Source: a virus
Length of the DNA stretch: 64,000 nt
Virus record (IMG/VR): IMGVR_UViG_3300045988_166055
Span: 32,001-96,000 of that record
Reading direction: 5' to 3' (one strand)
The translations under genes and the position numbers were made by a program. The notes beneath the pieces are model-generated. The model was given only the letters and a program-made list of their open reading frames with translations, was not told the DNA's origin and made no database searches. Positions 33,945-44,205 of this stretch are shown here, piece after piece. Numbering within the stretch: the first letter of the stretch is position 1; every line of letters starts with the position of its first letter.

Positions 33945-36900
33945 ATGGCTGATAACAACAAGCAAAATAAAACATCAAGATTTGTTTCTGAATCTCAAGG
34001 ATTACAGGATGAAAATCAGCAACAGCAAAATCAGAACAACCAAGGTAATCTAAACTCAGTAAAAGATTATCTTAAGTCTATAGATCAAACAACAAAGCAG
34101 ATCCTTCAGAAAGCAAATGGTTTCTCTCAATCATCTGCTCGTGATCAATTTGGTCAGAAAAAGGGATACTTTGGAGATCAATACGCTCAGAACGCAGGAA
34201 GTAGAAAGTCAGGAAAGAAATCATACGGTAGCTTCAGCGATGGATTTGAAGACGCATTCTGGGAAGGTATTCTAGGAAAAGACTTCAAAGATCAAATGGC
34301 GAGTGTTGTTCAAGGCTTCGCAAAGGACTTTGGAGTAAGCGTACAAGACCTACCCGGTGAGCTTGGAAACCAACTCGGAAAAGTTGGTATGAACGCATTT
34401 AAGAGCACAAAGCTTGGAAAGAAAGTAACCGGTAAGCTCGACAATGCAAAACAGAAGATATTTGAGTCTGCTTCTAATGCTTTTCAACAAGGTGCAGACA
34501 AATACGGCGGTAAATCTGCAGCAGGTGATGCGATAAAAAACTTAGCTGGTAAGTTCAAAGGTCAGTCAGCTGTACAAACAGCTTCTGGAACATCTTCTAT
34601 ATTAGGAAAAGCGGGAAATATAATAAACAGCGTCTTTGGATCAAGCCAAGGAGCTGCCTCAGCTGCCGGAGCTGGAGAGGCTGCTGCAACTGCTGCAGCT
34701 ACAATGGCTGAAGGTGCAGCAACTGCTGGAACAGCTGCTCAAGCAGGTGCAACAGCAATGGCCACAATGACATCTTCTGCTGCTGCAGCAACAAGCGGAA
34801 TTGCTTCAATGGCTGCCGCTGCAGGACCTGCAGGCATTGCTATTGTTGCAGGAATGGTAGCAGTAGAACTATTCTCAGAAGCACTTGGACCTGCAATTGA
34901 AGGTGCAAAGAAATTCGGCAAAGCGCTGAAAGATAGTGCAAAAAGAGATCAAGCTTCTGAAGATAGAAGAGCTGAACTTGCAAAAGACCGTCTTAAGCAA
35001 GATGTAGAAACCATCATAACTCAGCCTTTCAAGATTCTAGAAGAAGCTGCTCAAAAGATTTATGACGCTTGGGACGCAAATCTAAGAACAATAAACCAAA
35101 CACAAGGTTACACAAAATCAGATCTTCAAGATCTGATGGCTTCGTATGCTGAAAGACTTAGACAAGAAGGTCTAGCGAAATACGTAAGCGGTTCTGATAT
35201 AACAACAAACCTAACAAAAGTTCTTGAATCGGGGCTAAGCGGTAAAGTAGCAGAAGAGTTTGCATATCTAGCAACAAAGCTAAATGCTGCAATACCTACA
35301 GAAGATTTCTTCCAGTATTCATCAACATATGCTTCTCTTGCAGCTAATGCAATAAAGAATGGAAAGTCTGAAACAGAAGCAATATCTTATGCAACATCTG
35401 AGCTAGAAAACTTTGCAAGTAATCTACTTTATTCTAGTAGACAGCTTGCAGGAGGATTTAGTACTGGATTAAAGAATGCTTCGTCTCTATTTGAAGAAGC
35501 TGTAAAGATTACAACAGCAGCTAAACAAGGAGACGCAGGTCAGCTGTCATCTGTGCTAACCGCAGTATCTGCTGTAACGGGAGCAATTGCTCCTGACCTT
35601 GCATCTTCAATGACTGATGCAATAGTAAAAGCAGCGACAGGTGGTAATTCTTCTCAAATTGTTGCATTAAGATCGCTTGCGGGAATCAACGCAGGAAATA
35701 CTGAGTTCCTAAAAGCTCTGGTAAATAACCCTCAACAAGTATTCTCAACACTCTTCACTAATTTAGCGAAGATGCAGAATATGTCCAATGACAACTTCAT
35801 GGAAGTTGCAGAAGGACTTTCAGATGTATTCGGAGTATCAATGGATGCTTTCGCAAGAGTTGATTTCAACTATCTTGCAAAAGCAATCACAAACATGAAT
35901 ACATCAAATGCTTCTCTCAATGAGAACATTTCTAATCTACAATCTGGTCAGTCTACAACAAATGCTGATATTCTTAGAAACCAGCAAGTAAACCAATATA
36001 TGATAGAGAACGGTCTATCACTTGTAATGGACAACGAAGCTGCAAGAGCTATTCAGCAGCATATGTGGGATGAACAGAGACTTCAACAGCTTCAAGAAAC
36101 TACTTACGGAGTAGAAATCCAAGGTTCAGCATTAGAGTTCTTAGCTGGTATCAAAAATACTATCAAGAACATAATGAATATCCTCAACCCGGTAAGATGG
36201 TTGATTACTACTGTATCTAATGTAGCACAATCTACTGCCGAAGGAAATGCTCTAAAAGATGATGTTGCAAAAGTTCTTGCACTTGGAAAAGTCGGTCAAG
36301 GAAATGCAAAATCTTTCTACAATCTGACAACAAGAGGAAAAGAGCTTAATTTAACACCTAACCTTGTTCAACTTCTAGGCGGAGAGTCATCATATTACAA
36401 AGCTCAAGCTGTTGGCAGAACTGCATACGCAATAGGTGACCTAACATCTGCGATTCTTTCTCCTGGTGCATACTTGAGTCAGCTTGCAACACAAGGCATA
36501 GCAAGCTTTCTTCTTTCTAGAACAGATAGCAAGAATCCGAACAAATATGGAGTAGGCGGTAAATCTTCGTCATATGGTCCATCAAGCAATTATCAATGGG
36601 GCACAGTAGGAAAGAGTCAAGGTTACGGTCTTAAAGTAAAGAATACAGCAATGTCTGTATCCTCTGGAAGTTCTACTTCTTCTAATGAACAATCCGCAGA
36701 AGAAAGGAACAAGCAGATTCTTCAATCAAACTTCGATAGAATGATGAATACTATCGACAGTTTTGTTGACCAAGGTAAGACATATGATGAGTGGGCAGCA
36801 ACTGCAAGAAACTTCGGAATATCTGACTATCAAAAAGCGCTGAATACTTTAGGATATTCAGAAGCAGACCTTCAAGGCTACTTTGAAGCAAAAGAAGGAG

Positions 36901-37385
36901 TTAAGGGCGGACAAGAACAAGCAAGAAAAGCAAAGAAAGAAGAAACCTTCTGGGATAAAGGTCTAGAATACTTCGATACATTCTCATTGAACTCAGACAG
37001 TCAAATGCAGAGTATGATAGACCTAACCACATCAGGAAACGATCTAATTTCTAAGATACTTGCGAAGAATACAGAGTTCAAACAAGCCTTTGATGATTAC
37101 TTCGTGAATCATATTCTATATAGTAAATCGTATGATCACGCAGCTGTAACAAAAATACAGAACGATGAGAAGTATAAATCTTCTGATGCTATTTATGCAC
37201 TTGCAGATGCACTAACAGCTGCAACAGACCTGACTGATCCTACATTGCAAACAAATGCAATACTGAGCCAGATTCTAATCGTTGTTCAGAGCATAATGCA
37301 GCAGAATAACACATCTGGTAGGCTTACACTTCCCGATGCAATCGCAGCAATGGCAACAGGTACATTTAATTATGAATCCACTTGA
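33945..37385 (+). CDS. tail tape measure protein
   Basis: 1146 aa with a GAGAGGTGA RBS. It has an Ala/Gly-rich hydrophobic segment (aa ~230-310), long helical repeats, and lies between the chaperone pair and the baseplate genes. Confidence 0.8.
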   Translation: MADNNKQNKTSRFVSESQGLQDENQQQQNQNNQGNLNSVKDYLKSIDQTTKQILQKANGFSQSSARDQFGQKKGYFGDQYAQNAGSRKSGKKSYGSFSDGFEDAFWEGILGKDFKDQMASVVQGFAKDFGVSVQDLPGELGNQLGKVGMNAFKSTKLGKKVTGKLDNAKQKIFESASNAFQQGADKYGGKSAAGDAIKNLAGKFKGQSAVQTASGTSSILGKAGNIINSVFGSSQGAASAAGAGEAAATAAATMAEGAATAGTAAQAGATAMATMTSSAAAATSGIASMAAAAGPAGIAIVAGMVAVELFSEALGPAIEGAKKFGKALKDSAKRDQASEDRRAELAKDRLKQDVETIITQPFKILEEAAQKIYDAWDANLRTINQTQGYTKSDLQDLMASYAERLRQEGLAKYVSGSDITTNLTKVLESGLSGKVAEEFAYLATKLNAAIPTEDFFQYSSTYASLAANAIKNGKSETEAISYATSELENFASNLLYSSRQLAGGFSTGLKNASSLFEEAVKITTAAKQGDAGQLSSVLTAVSAVTGAIAPDLASSMTDAIVKAATGGNSSQIVALRSLAGINAGNTEFLKALVNNPQQVFSTLFTNLAKMQNMSNDNFMEVAEGLSDVFGVSMDAFARVDFNYLAKAITNMNTSNASLNENISNLQSGQSTTNADILRNQQVNQYMIENGLSLVMDNEAARAIQQHMWDEQRLQQLQETTYGVEIQGSALEFLAGIKNTIKNIMNILNPVRWLITTVSNVAQSTAEGNALKDDVAKVLALGKVGQGNAKSFYNLTTRGKELNLTPNLVQLLGGESSYYKAQAVGRTAYAIGDLTSAILSPGAYLSQLATQGIASFLLSRTDSKNPNKYGVGGKSSSYGPSSNYQWGTVGKSQGYGLKVKNTAMSVSSGSSTSSNEQSAEERNKQILQSNFDRMMNTIDSFVDQGKTYDEWAATARNFGISDYQKALNTLGYSEADLQGYFEAKEGVKGGQEQARKAKKEETFWDKGLEYFDTFSLNSDSQMQSMIDLTTSGNDLISKILAKNTEFKQAFDDYFVNHILYSKSYDHAAVTKIQNDEKYKSSDAIYALADALTAATDLTDPTLQTNAILSQILIVVQSIMQQNNTSGRLTLPDAIAAMATGTFNYEST

Positions 37386-37401
37386 TAGGAGAGTGCGATA
37401 A

Positions 37402-40071
37402 ATGAATTTCATAAGATTCTCAACAGGAACAACAAACATATTCCCATTAGCTAACTCTAAGACAGGCGGTCAGCTAATGACTGAATTCAACCTTCGTTCT
37501 AGAGAAAGTGTTGAAGTAGGCCCTATTCAGAGTAATAAGCGAATCCATTATATGGTTGGTCAGTCTTTTGTTAATTCAGAAGATGATTTTAAGCTGGTTG
37601 GAACTACAACAAGCTCTGGACAGATAGCTTCCGGTGACAGCCAAGTTCTAATGATAACAGAAGGTAGAGCTGTCATCAACGGTCACTACTTTGAATCACT
37701 TGTACCTGTAAAGATTGATATAGGTGAAGCAAATCAGAAGTTAAGAAAGAATTCTATGCAACCACTTCTAGGAGAGCTCTCTGTTGGTCTTCGTGCAATG
37801 TATAGCACAACAGAAACAATGGCCGGAGCCATGATTGCAGAAGAGAAAAACTACTTTGAAGGAGTTCAGGTAGTTATTCTGCCTAAATCAGAATTCAAAC
37901 TTCCTATTGACTGCAAAGATGATCAAGGGCAAGTTACAGCTCACATCAAGCTAGGTGACATCATTTATCAGAATGGTAGAATAACAAACATATCTCAGAA
38001 TTATCCTGATAAGTGTAGATATCTAGATGCTGATAGAATTACAAATATCAGTAAGCTCATGTCTGATAACTATATCAATCGAGATGGATTGAATCCGGGA
38101 TACATATACGGATTCTCTGGTAAGGGTTCATCAACAAAGGACACCTGGTGCAACATAACAGATAGCTTGATTGTATGGGATAAGAGTTACAACAAGGCTA
38201 CAACCGAAAAGCCTTCTGTAACTAATGCAAACTTCGGAACTGACACAAACGGAAATGTAGTTCTAGCTCTTCCTCATAAACAAATTGATGGGATGATGAA
38301 TACAGACGGTAAACAGCTTTACTATCAGCCCAGAATAATGAAGTTACCTAAAGCTGATTACTCATCTGGATCTTCCGGTACTGTTGATCATGCTTACACT
38401 CAGAAGATAAAAGATGCTTTTGAGAAGATCCATACAAAGATTCTAGAAGGAAAACAAAGAGCATACATTGATATTATAACTGATGAAAAACGAAAAGAGC
38501 TGCCCCCTATAAGTTCTAGCTGGAGCATTGGCGATTATGTAGTAGTAGGAACGGATAACTCAGTTGTTGCTTCTTCTGATTCAACCAAATCTCCTTCTAC
38601 ATTGTACATAATCATTGATGGAACTGTTACACAATTTAAGTTCAAAACAAGTAACAAGAATGGAGATGTTCCTTCTGGGCTTGATCTGCAGATAACCAAG
38701 TTTGAATGGTCGTCCGATAAGAATGATCCAATTCCGGAAACAGGTTCTTCTGATGAATCTGTAGAGAAGTACAACAATCAACTTCAAGTAGCTACAAGCA
38801 ACTACAGAGGAGCAATTGGCACATCTTACATCGTAATAAAATATGACCAGGTAGATAAGGATACACAAGCAGTAGATACAACATATTATTTCTACACCGT
38901 TTCAGCAAAGAATGCAGATAAGATGTATTCAGATCCTATTTGGTTAACTGGAGAAATCAATCTAGCAACAGAAGAATCAATTGGAGGGTTCTTAAATGTA
39001 CCTGACACGAAACTAGATGGTGGATATGTTTACAGAGACGAGAATGGTAATCTTAGACTGCTAGATTATGCTCTACTTCGTACAGGCACGCTCGCCTATC
39101 AGCTTGGCGCAGATCAAGAGTTCGGAAATGGGCTTACAACAGAGTCCATTCAAGAACAACTTGATGAATACGTAAACGATCGTGTAGCATTTCCTACTTC
39201 TGATACATTGAACGATAGTAAGTATAACGGTATGATAAATATCACCTTAGAGCTACCTAAAGAAGATGAAGCATCAATAGTTACTATTCGAAACATTGAC
39301 AGCAGATTCGGAACTGGTGTAAATATAAATCTTTCAGGTGAAGCAGATTCAAATACAATTATCAATATAGTAAATTGCGAGAAAATAAAGATAAATTCTA
39401 CATTAGCTCTTAGCAAGGATAAAGGTCCAGCTATAAATTTGTCTAATTGTAGTCTATGGTATGATTCAGAGGTAATTGAGAATCTAACATACATTTATGG
39501 ATTGAAGTTATGGTACAGACAGTTTGATGAATCCGATAACAACTTAACTGTTTCTGGTATGACTGTCATGTCTCTTGATTCAATATCGCAAACAAACGAC
39601 ATAGACTATTGGAATGAAGCGGTAGATAATGACATACATTATCTATACGCTCTTCAAAGTTTAACATTCAATACAGATGGAACTATCTTAGGAGCCGGAA
39701 TTCTATTAAAGAATAGAACTACTGGAAATGTGTCAAATGGTAAATCAATAATTGTTTCAAGTTTCCAATTACCAAACAACTCGTTACTACAGTATCCTAA
39801 GAATAGATTGACAAAGCAATTGAAGATAGATGGCCAATTCATTTCTGCTTATGCGTCGGATGAACCTGAAGGATATATAGTAATAGATACAAAATTCACA
39901 GCTTTATCACAGAAATGGAATACAAATGATGAGGATGTTGAGCCTGGAACAATTTCATTCCTCGCAAATGTCGAGCACATTACAAATGTTGTCGGTGTAA
40001 GCTATGGTACAGAGATTGATGGTTGGGCAACTGAATCCTTCCATCCTTTTGAAGGGAAGATAATCGGATGA
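37402..40071 (+). CDS. large tail / baseplate structural protein
   Basis: 889-aa ORF with a TAGGAGAG RBS, directly after the tape measure. No motif recognised. Confidence 0.55.
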   Translation: MNFIRFSTGTTNIFPLANSKTGGQLMTEFNLRSRESVEVGPIQSNKRIHYMVGQSFVNSEDDFKLVGTTTSSGQIASGDSQVLMITEGRAVINGHYFESLVPVKIDIGEANQKLRKNSMQPLLGELSVGLRAMYSTTETMAGAMIAEEKNYFEGVQVVILPKSEFKLPIDCKDDQGQVTAHIKLGDIIYQNGRITNISQNYPDKCRYLDADRITNISKLMSDNYINRDGLNPGYIYGFSGKGSSTKDTWCNITDSLIVWDKSYNKATTEKPSVTNANFGTDTNGNVVLALPHKQIDGMMNTDGKQLYYQPRIMKLPKADYSSGSSGTVDHAYTQKIKDAFEKIHTKILEGKQRAYIDIITDEKRKELPPISSSWSIGDYVVVGTDNSVVASSDSTKSPSTLYIIIDGTVTQFKFKTSNKNGDVPSGLDLQITKFEWSSDKNDPIPETGSSDESVEKYNNQLQVATSNYRGAIGTSYIVIKYDQVDKDTQAVDTTYYFYTVSAKNADKMYSDPIWLTGEINLATEESIGGFLNVPDTKLDGGYVYRDENGNLRLLDYALLRTGTLAYQLGADQEFGNGLTTESIQEQLDEYVNDRVAFPTSDTLNDSKYNGMINITLELPKEDEASIVTIRNIDSRFGTGVNINLSGEADSNTIINIVNCEKIKINSTLALSKDKGPAINLSNCSLWYDSEVIENLTYIYGLKLWYRQFDESDNNLTVSGMTVMSLDSISQTNDIDYWNEAVDNDIHYLYALQSLTFNTDGTILGAGILLKNRTTGNVSNGKSIIVSSFQLPNNSLLQYPKNRLTKQLKIDGQFISAYASDEPEGYIVIDTKFTALSQKWNTNDEDVEPGTISFLANVEHITNVVGVSYGTEIDGWATESFHPFEGKIIG

Positions 40072-40622
40072 GTTTAGTTCACGACTACATCAAGATAAAG
40101 TATACTCGGGAAGGTTATCTTCCCGACTATCCTTATCATATGATATCAGATGATGAAATGATAGAAGCATTCATGAAATCTGATTCCGATGAGGGATTCT
40201 TCTTTGACAACTATTATGTTAAAGACGAATCACTTAAAGAGCAATATGCAACCCTTGTCCGGACAATACGATTTCATATTGACATCTTCAAGAAATCTAA
40301 AGAAGATAAGAAGGTTCTACCAGATTGGGTGTATTCATATATGCTCGGTGTAGTTGTTTCAGAACATTCTTCAGATATTGACAGACACGACCTTTTGGTC
40401 TTGTTAGATTTAGATAATGTAGATGATGACTTCACTGAACAAGCTAAGAAAAAATGCTTGTCTATCAGCAAGCAGTGGATAAAGAAAATAACAGAAGACA
40501 ACAGATATGTTAAAATCCTTAATCCAAACGGAACATATTCTAGATATGACGGAAGACCTGCAACCATGTTCGGAGAACCTCATGTTATAAAGAGTTTGAG
40601 ACTTGAATCCGCAGGTGTTTAA
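40068..40622 (+). CDS. hypothetical protein
   Basis: 184-aa ORF with an ATGA start/stop overlap. Confidence 0.6.
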   Translation: MSLVHDYIKIKYTREGYLPDYPYHMISDDEMIEAFMKSDSDEGFFFDNYYVKDESLKEQYATLVRTIRFHIDIFKKSKEDKKVLPDWVYSYMLGVVVSEHSSDIDRHDLLVLLDLDNVDDDFTEQAKKKCLSISKQWIKKITEDNRYVKILNPNGTYSRYDGRPATMFGEPHVIKSLRLESAGV

Positions 40623-40636
40623 GAAGGTGAAAGTGA

Positions 40637-41644
40637 ATGAAGTATCTACAACTTACCAATGATACAAAGCTAAAAGATGTCGCATCTATTGTTGGAGATT
40701 CAAATGTAGAAAGATTACTAGTTGCAAACGACATTGAACGAACTCCTAATATCGGAAAGTCTTTTATTGCTAAGTGCAATAAGACAGTTTCTGATACATC
40801 TAAGTTAGTAACATGGCAAAGGAAGTCAACAATACTCAATGGCATGACGAGTGATTCTGATGTATTTGAAAAAGCGTCTATTCAGAGTGATGATGATTGG
40901 AAAGTTCTAGACACTTTAGGAACATTCCCCGGAATGCTCAAAATTCCCGATTCGATGGAAGTTCCTACATCTTACAGCATATTGGGAAATAATGAAGGAG
41001 TAAAGAAAACAGTATACAACAAAGCCATGACAATGCTTTCTAACCCTCCGCATTACATTGATCCTTCAATATTTAACGAAGTAAGTAACATACGGAATTC
41101 TAAAATAGTTAGCGGATACAGATCTAACGGTAGCAATACACAGTTCTTCAATTTACCTTGGGGAGATATAACATTGTATTCTTCTCTTGAGCCAACTGGA
41201 ATTGATATTCCGGCGTATCCTGAAGAATATAATGATAGCAGAAAAGCTAACTATACTCAAATGCCTGATATGCTCTATCAATATGAGCCATGGCAGCTAT
41301 ACGAAAGTTCTGGTCCTAGAACAAATCAGTTTGAATTCCAACTTCATAGAGATATGTGGACAACAGACCATAGAGACGGTAAAGCAAATGATCTGATACG
41401 CTATTGTCAATCAAATTGCTATCCTGATTTCAATGGGTCTGCTGTAAATTGTCCAATAGTTTCCTTATATATTATGGGCAAATGTTTAATACGAGGAGTA
41501 ATGACAGATTGCTCTGTTAGCTGGAATGGACCAATTGGATTAGATGGTTGGTATCTTGCTTTTAAGCTTTCCTTCAACATAACAGAAGTTTCTGAAATTG
41601 CTCTAAATCATAGCGTAATTAGAAACAAACCATTGATTGGATAA
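40637..41644 (+). CDS. tail protein with N-terminal LysM-like domain
   Basis: 'LQLTNDTKLKDVASIVGDSNVERLLVANDI' is LysM-like. 335 aa, in the baseplate block. Confidence 0.45.
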   Translation: MKYLQLTNDTKLKDVASIVGDSNVERLLVANDIERTPNIGKSFIAKCNKTVSDTSKLVTWQRKSTILNGMTSDSDVFEKASIQSDDDWKVLDTLGTFPGMLKIPDSMEVPTSYSILGNNEGVKKTVYNKAMTMLSNPPHYIDPSIFNEVSNIRNSKIVSGYRSNGSNTQFFNLPWGDITLYSSLEPTGIDIPAYPEEYNDSRKANYTQMPDMLYQYEPWQLYESSGPRTNQFEFQLHRDMWTTDHRDGKANDLIRYCQSNCYPDFNGSAVNCPIVSLYIMGKCLIRGVMTDCSVSWNGPIGLDGWYLAFKLSFNITEVSEIALNHSVIRNKPLIG

Positions 41645-41669
41645 TATCAAATCGTATATTTATAATCTT

Positions 41670-41755
41670 GTTTCGTATAATTATTTGAGAAAGTGTTTTT
41701 CTCGCATATGCGAAACACAAACAAATCCAGAAAATCAATAATATTTATACGAAAC
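41670..41755 (+). promoter_or_regulatory. operator-like repeat cluster in a 118-bp intergenic gap
   Basis: The 10-mer TAT(A/G)CGAAAC occurs three times: reverse at 41670-41679, forward at 41707-41716 and 41746-41755. A perfect 12-bp palindrome TCGCATATGCGA lies at 41702-41713. Confidence 0.5.
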
Positions 41756-41765
41756 AGGTGATTTG

Positions 41766-42188
41766 ATGTACATACAAAATACATTGATACCTTATCAGGT
41801 CATTGAAAAACGAGGAATAGAATACAGTGTATGTAAAGACTACAGTCATGTATCTAGATACAGGGGGCTAAGACAAGTTATTCATCTTCCTACATCAAAC
41901 GATAGAATAACAACTCTTGAAACTCCAAATGCTTTTGTAACTAATTTGAATGTAAAGTACTATGAAGTACCTAATAAGTATGAAAATAGATTAGACCTCA
42001 TTGCAAGAGATACATTAGGGTCAGCTGAATATTCATGGGTCATTTCATACTTCAATAGGATAGAAGATGGGTTTACTGTCAAAGAAGGACAAAAATTGAT
42101 GATACCTACATCATTCTACGACTTGTTCAAAACAGGCGAAATCCTTCAGTCCATTCCAGCAACTTCATTGAATCTAGGACAGGAGTAA
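41766..42188 (+). CDS. LysM-domain tail protein (P2 gpX-like)
   Basis: AGGTGA RBS before ATG 41766. The C-terminal 'YENRLDLIARDTLGSAEYSWVISYFNRIEDGFTVKEGQKLMIP' fits the LysM consensus. Confidence 0.5.
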   Translation: MYIQNTLIPYQVIEKRGIEYSVCKDYSHVSRYRGLRQVIHLPTSNDRITTLETPNAFVTNLNVKYYEVPNKYENRLDLIARDTLGSAEYSWVISYFNRIEDGFTVKEGQKLMIPTSFYDLFKTGEILQSIPATSLNLGQE

Positions 42189-42194
42189 CTACAC

Positions 42195-42731
42195 ATGAAA
42201 AGATACATCAGAGCATCTTCTAATCTTCGTCAGTCAGAATACAACGAGTATCTTATGAAGCACATAAACGGAGTAAATACAGCGTGGCGTGATATTCTGT
42301 ATCCTGCTATCCTTACCGATAGTGACGAAGATGTTGATCAGATTACAAAGGTAATTGATTTGGTTGCTAATCATGATAAGTCAAAATATCAGAAGGATGA
42401 ATATGATGCGTATCTGAATTACTTTTATCCTGATAGAAACAACAAGAAAGATTCAAACGCATTTGATATGGCTTTACTACTGCATCAAAAGCGAAACCAT
42501 CATCATTGGCAGTATTGGTGCCTTATTAGAGATGAAGGCGAAGTCAAAGCAATGGATATGCCTTTTGAGTATATTTGCGAAATGTTGTGTGACTGGAGTT
42601 CGTTTCAATTTGTATTTGATCCAAAGTCAACTGCAAACAAATGGTATAAAGATAATAAGAATAAGATGATTCTATCTGATAATACTAGAAAGGAAGTTGA
42701 AAGACTTCTTTCAATAGCACCTGAACTGTAA
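42195..42731 (+). CDS. DUF5662-like (HD-fold-like) protein
   Basis: 'VANHDKSKYQKDEYDAY', 'HQKRNHHHWQYW' and 'EMLCDWSSF' match my memory of DUF5662. Confidence 0.5.
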   Translation: MKRYIRASSNLRQSEYNEYLMKHINGVNTAWRDILYPAILTDSDEDVDQITKVIDLVANHDKSKYQKDEYDAYLNYFYPDRNNKKDSNAFDMALLLHQKRNHHHWQYWCLIRDEGEVKAMDMPFEYICEMLCDWSSFQFVFDPKSTANKWYKDNKNKMILSDNTRKEVERLLSIAPEL

Positions 42732-42744
42732 GGTGGTGTCATAA

Positions 42745-44205
42745 TTGGCTAAACATTGTTTTTGCAACTTTTTTCTTGCAGGAGTGGCTATTACAGACTT
42801 TGGGCTTGTAATCCCTTCTCCATTTACATCATTATCATTAAGTAACAGCGAGATATCATCAATGACTCAATGGACTCTTGATTGCATTGTTGGAGGAGAT
42901 GACAAAAGAAGAATAAACATTTCAGCTTTTGAAGCTCTTCTATACACATCAGCACAGAATGCAAGCAACTATTCAAATTCATCTGGAATACCTGTTTCAT
43001 TCCTGTTCGGATGGTTAGATGAAAATGGGAGTGTATTAGAATCTCTTTCTTATCAAGGCTTTACATTAACCTTCAAAGTTTCCACATCTGGTAGATACAT
43101 GAAATATTCCATTACGGGTTATGCTTCGCTTGCTATACAAACAAGTTTACCTGTATTAAGAGTTCCAGAGCTTTCTGGGATAGTACAACCATCAGCAGTT
43201 GTTGAGGGGCTAGCAGTAGCAGTGAAAGCTACTAACTACTATGATCTAGATATTGATCATTGCGATCAACCTACACTCGTTAATCACGGAGCAATGACAA
43301 CATCATTCAATAGTTATGTTAGAGGAACCTATTCAGGAAAAGACGATTACGAAACGTTTCCAGGGTTACTTAAACTGTCAAAATCTTACAATGCTTCTAG
43401 AGATTCTGCAGGTCTTGATAGCTACAAAGTTAGAAAACTAAGTCAAGCTATCAACAACAGAAAAGTAAGTCCGCTTTCAAATTTCTTGAAAACAAGTTTT
43501 ACAGATACAAAGCCACAAAGTTCGTCTTTCTCTTATTGGGTAGACGAACCAACTATGACAATCAGAGGTTGTATACATTATAAGAGCAACGCAGGTCTCC
43601 TTGGCACATACACAAAAGATACTCTTGAGTATGGTACAGCTAACACAAATGTTCTTACATTGTCAGGTTCATACAATGGTGTCGCTTATAACATGACTGA
43701 TATGAACTATACACAAGTTGGGTTCAATGTTGATGGCAGCGGTAACACTATTGCTCAAGATTATCAAGTTGTCAATAGCTGGAGTAGTACACTTGCAGAT
43801 GTATTTCAATCTGCTAACATCATAAATGATGTGAATGCAATTGCTTCTCAATTCAGTGGAGACTTTACAGTAACTATTCCTGGTAGCACAAATAAGTACA
43901 ATATTGCTCAGCCTATATCCTTACTTGTAATGTCAGGGAACACAATATCTCCTATAACCGGAGTATACAACATAATTTCTGTATCACATGATATCAGTTC
44001 GACATTCGTTACAACATTAAAGCTCCAAAGACTTGTTATGAGCTCAGCTAATCAGGTTGCAGCTCAGCAAGGAATATTGATAAGAGGAAGTTCATCATAT
44101 CCTAAACTTTCGTACTCAAAAACAAAAAACATAGTATCTACTTCAAAAGTTGATTTCGGAACAATTTATCCTGACTTCACATATATGTCAGGGACATATA
44201 TCTAA
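42745..44205 (+). CDS. putative baseplate hub protein (gpD / Mu gp44 position)
   Basis: 486-aa ORF with a TTG start 6 nt after AAGGTGGTG. Called by synteny only. Confidence 0.35.
   Translation: MAKHCFCNFFLAGVAITDFGLVIPSPFTSLSLSNSEISSMTQWTLDCIVGGDDKRRINISAFEALLYTSAQNASNYSNSSGIPVSFLFGWLDENGSVLESLSYQGFTLTFKVSTSGRYMKYSITGYASLAIQTSLPVLRVPELSGIVQPSAVVEGLAVAVKATNYYDLDIDHCDQPTLVNHGAMTTSFNSYVRGTYSGKDDYETFPGLLKLSKSYNASRDSAGLDSYKVRKLSQAINNRKVSPLSNFLKTSFTDTKPQSSSFSYWVDEPTMTIRGCIHYKSNAGLLGTYTKDTLEYGTANTNVLTLSGSYNGVAYNMTDMNYTQVGFNVDGSGNTIAQDYQVVNSWSSTLADVFQSANIINDVNAIASQFSGDFTVTIPGSTNKYNIAQPISLLVMSGNTISPITGVYNIISVSHDISSTFVTTLKLQRLVMSSANQVAAQQGILIRGSSSYPKLSYSKTKNIVSTSKVDFGTIYPDFTYMSGTYI

Noticed and set aside
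34600-34930. Ala/Gly-rich repetitive stretch in the tape measure gene (GCT/GCA-rich), considered as a tandem DNA repeat or CRISPR-like array
   Set aside because: There is no fixed-period repeat unit and no spacer architecture. It is low-complexity coding sequence for a hydrophobic Ala/Gly/Thr segment that is typical of tape measure proteins.
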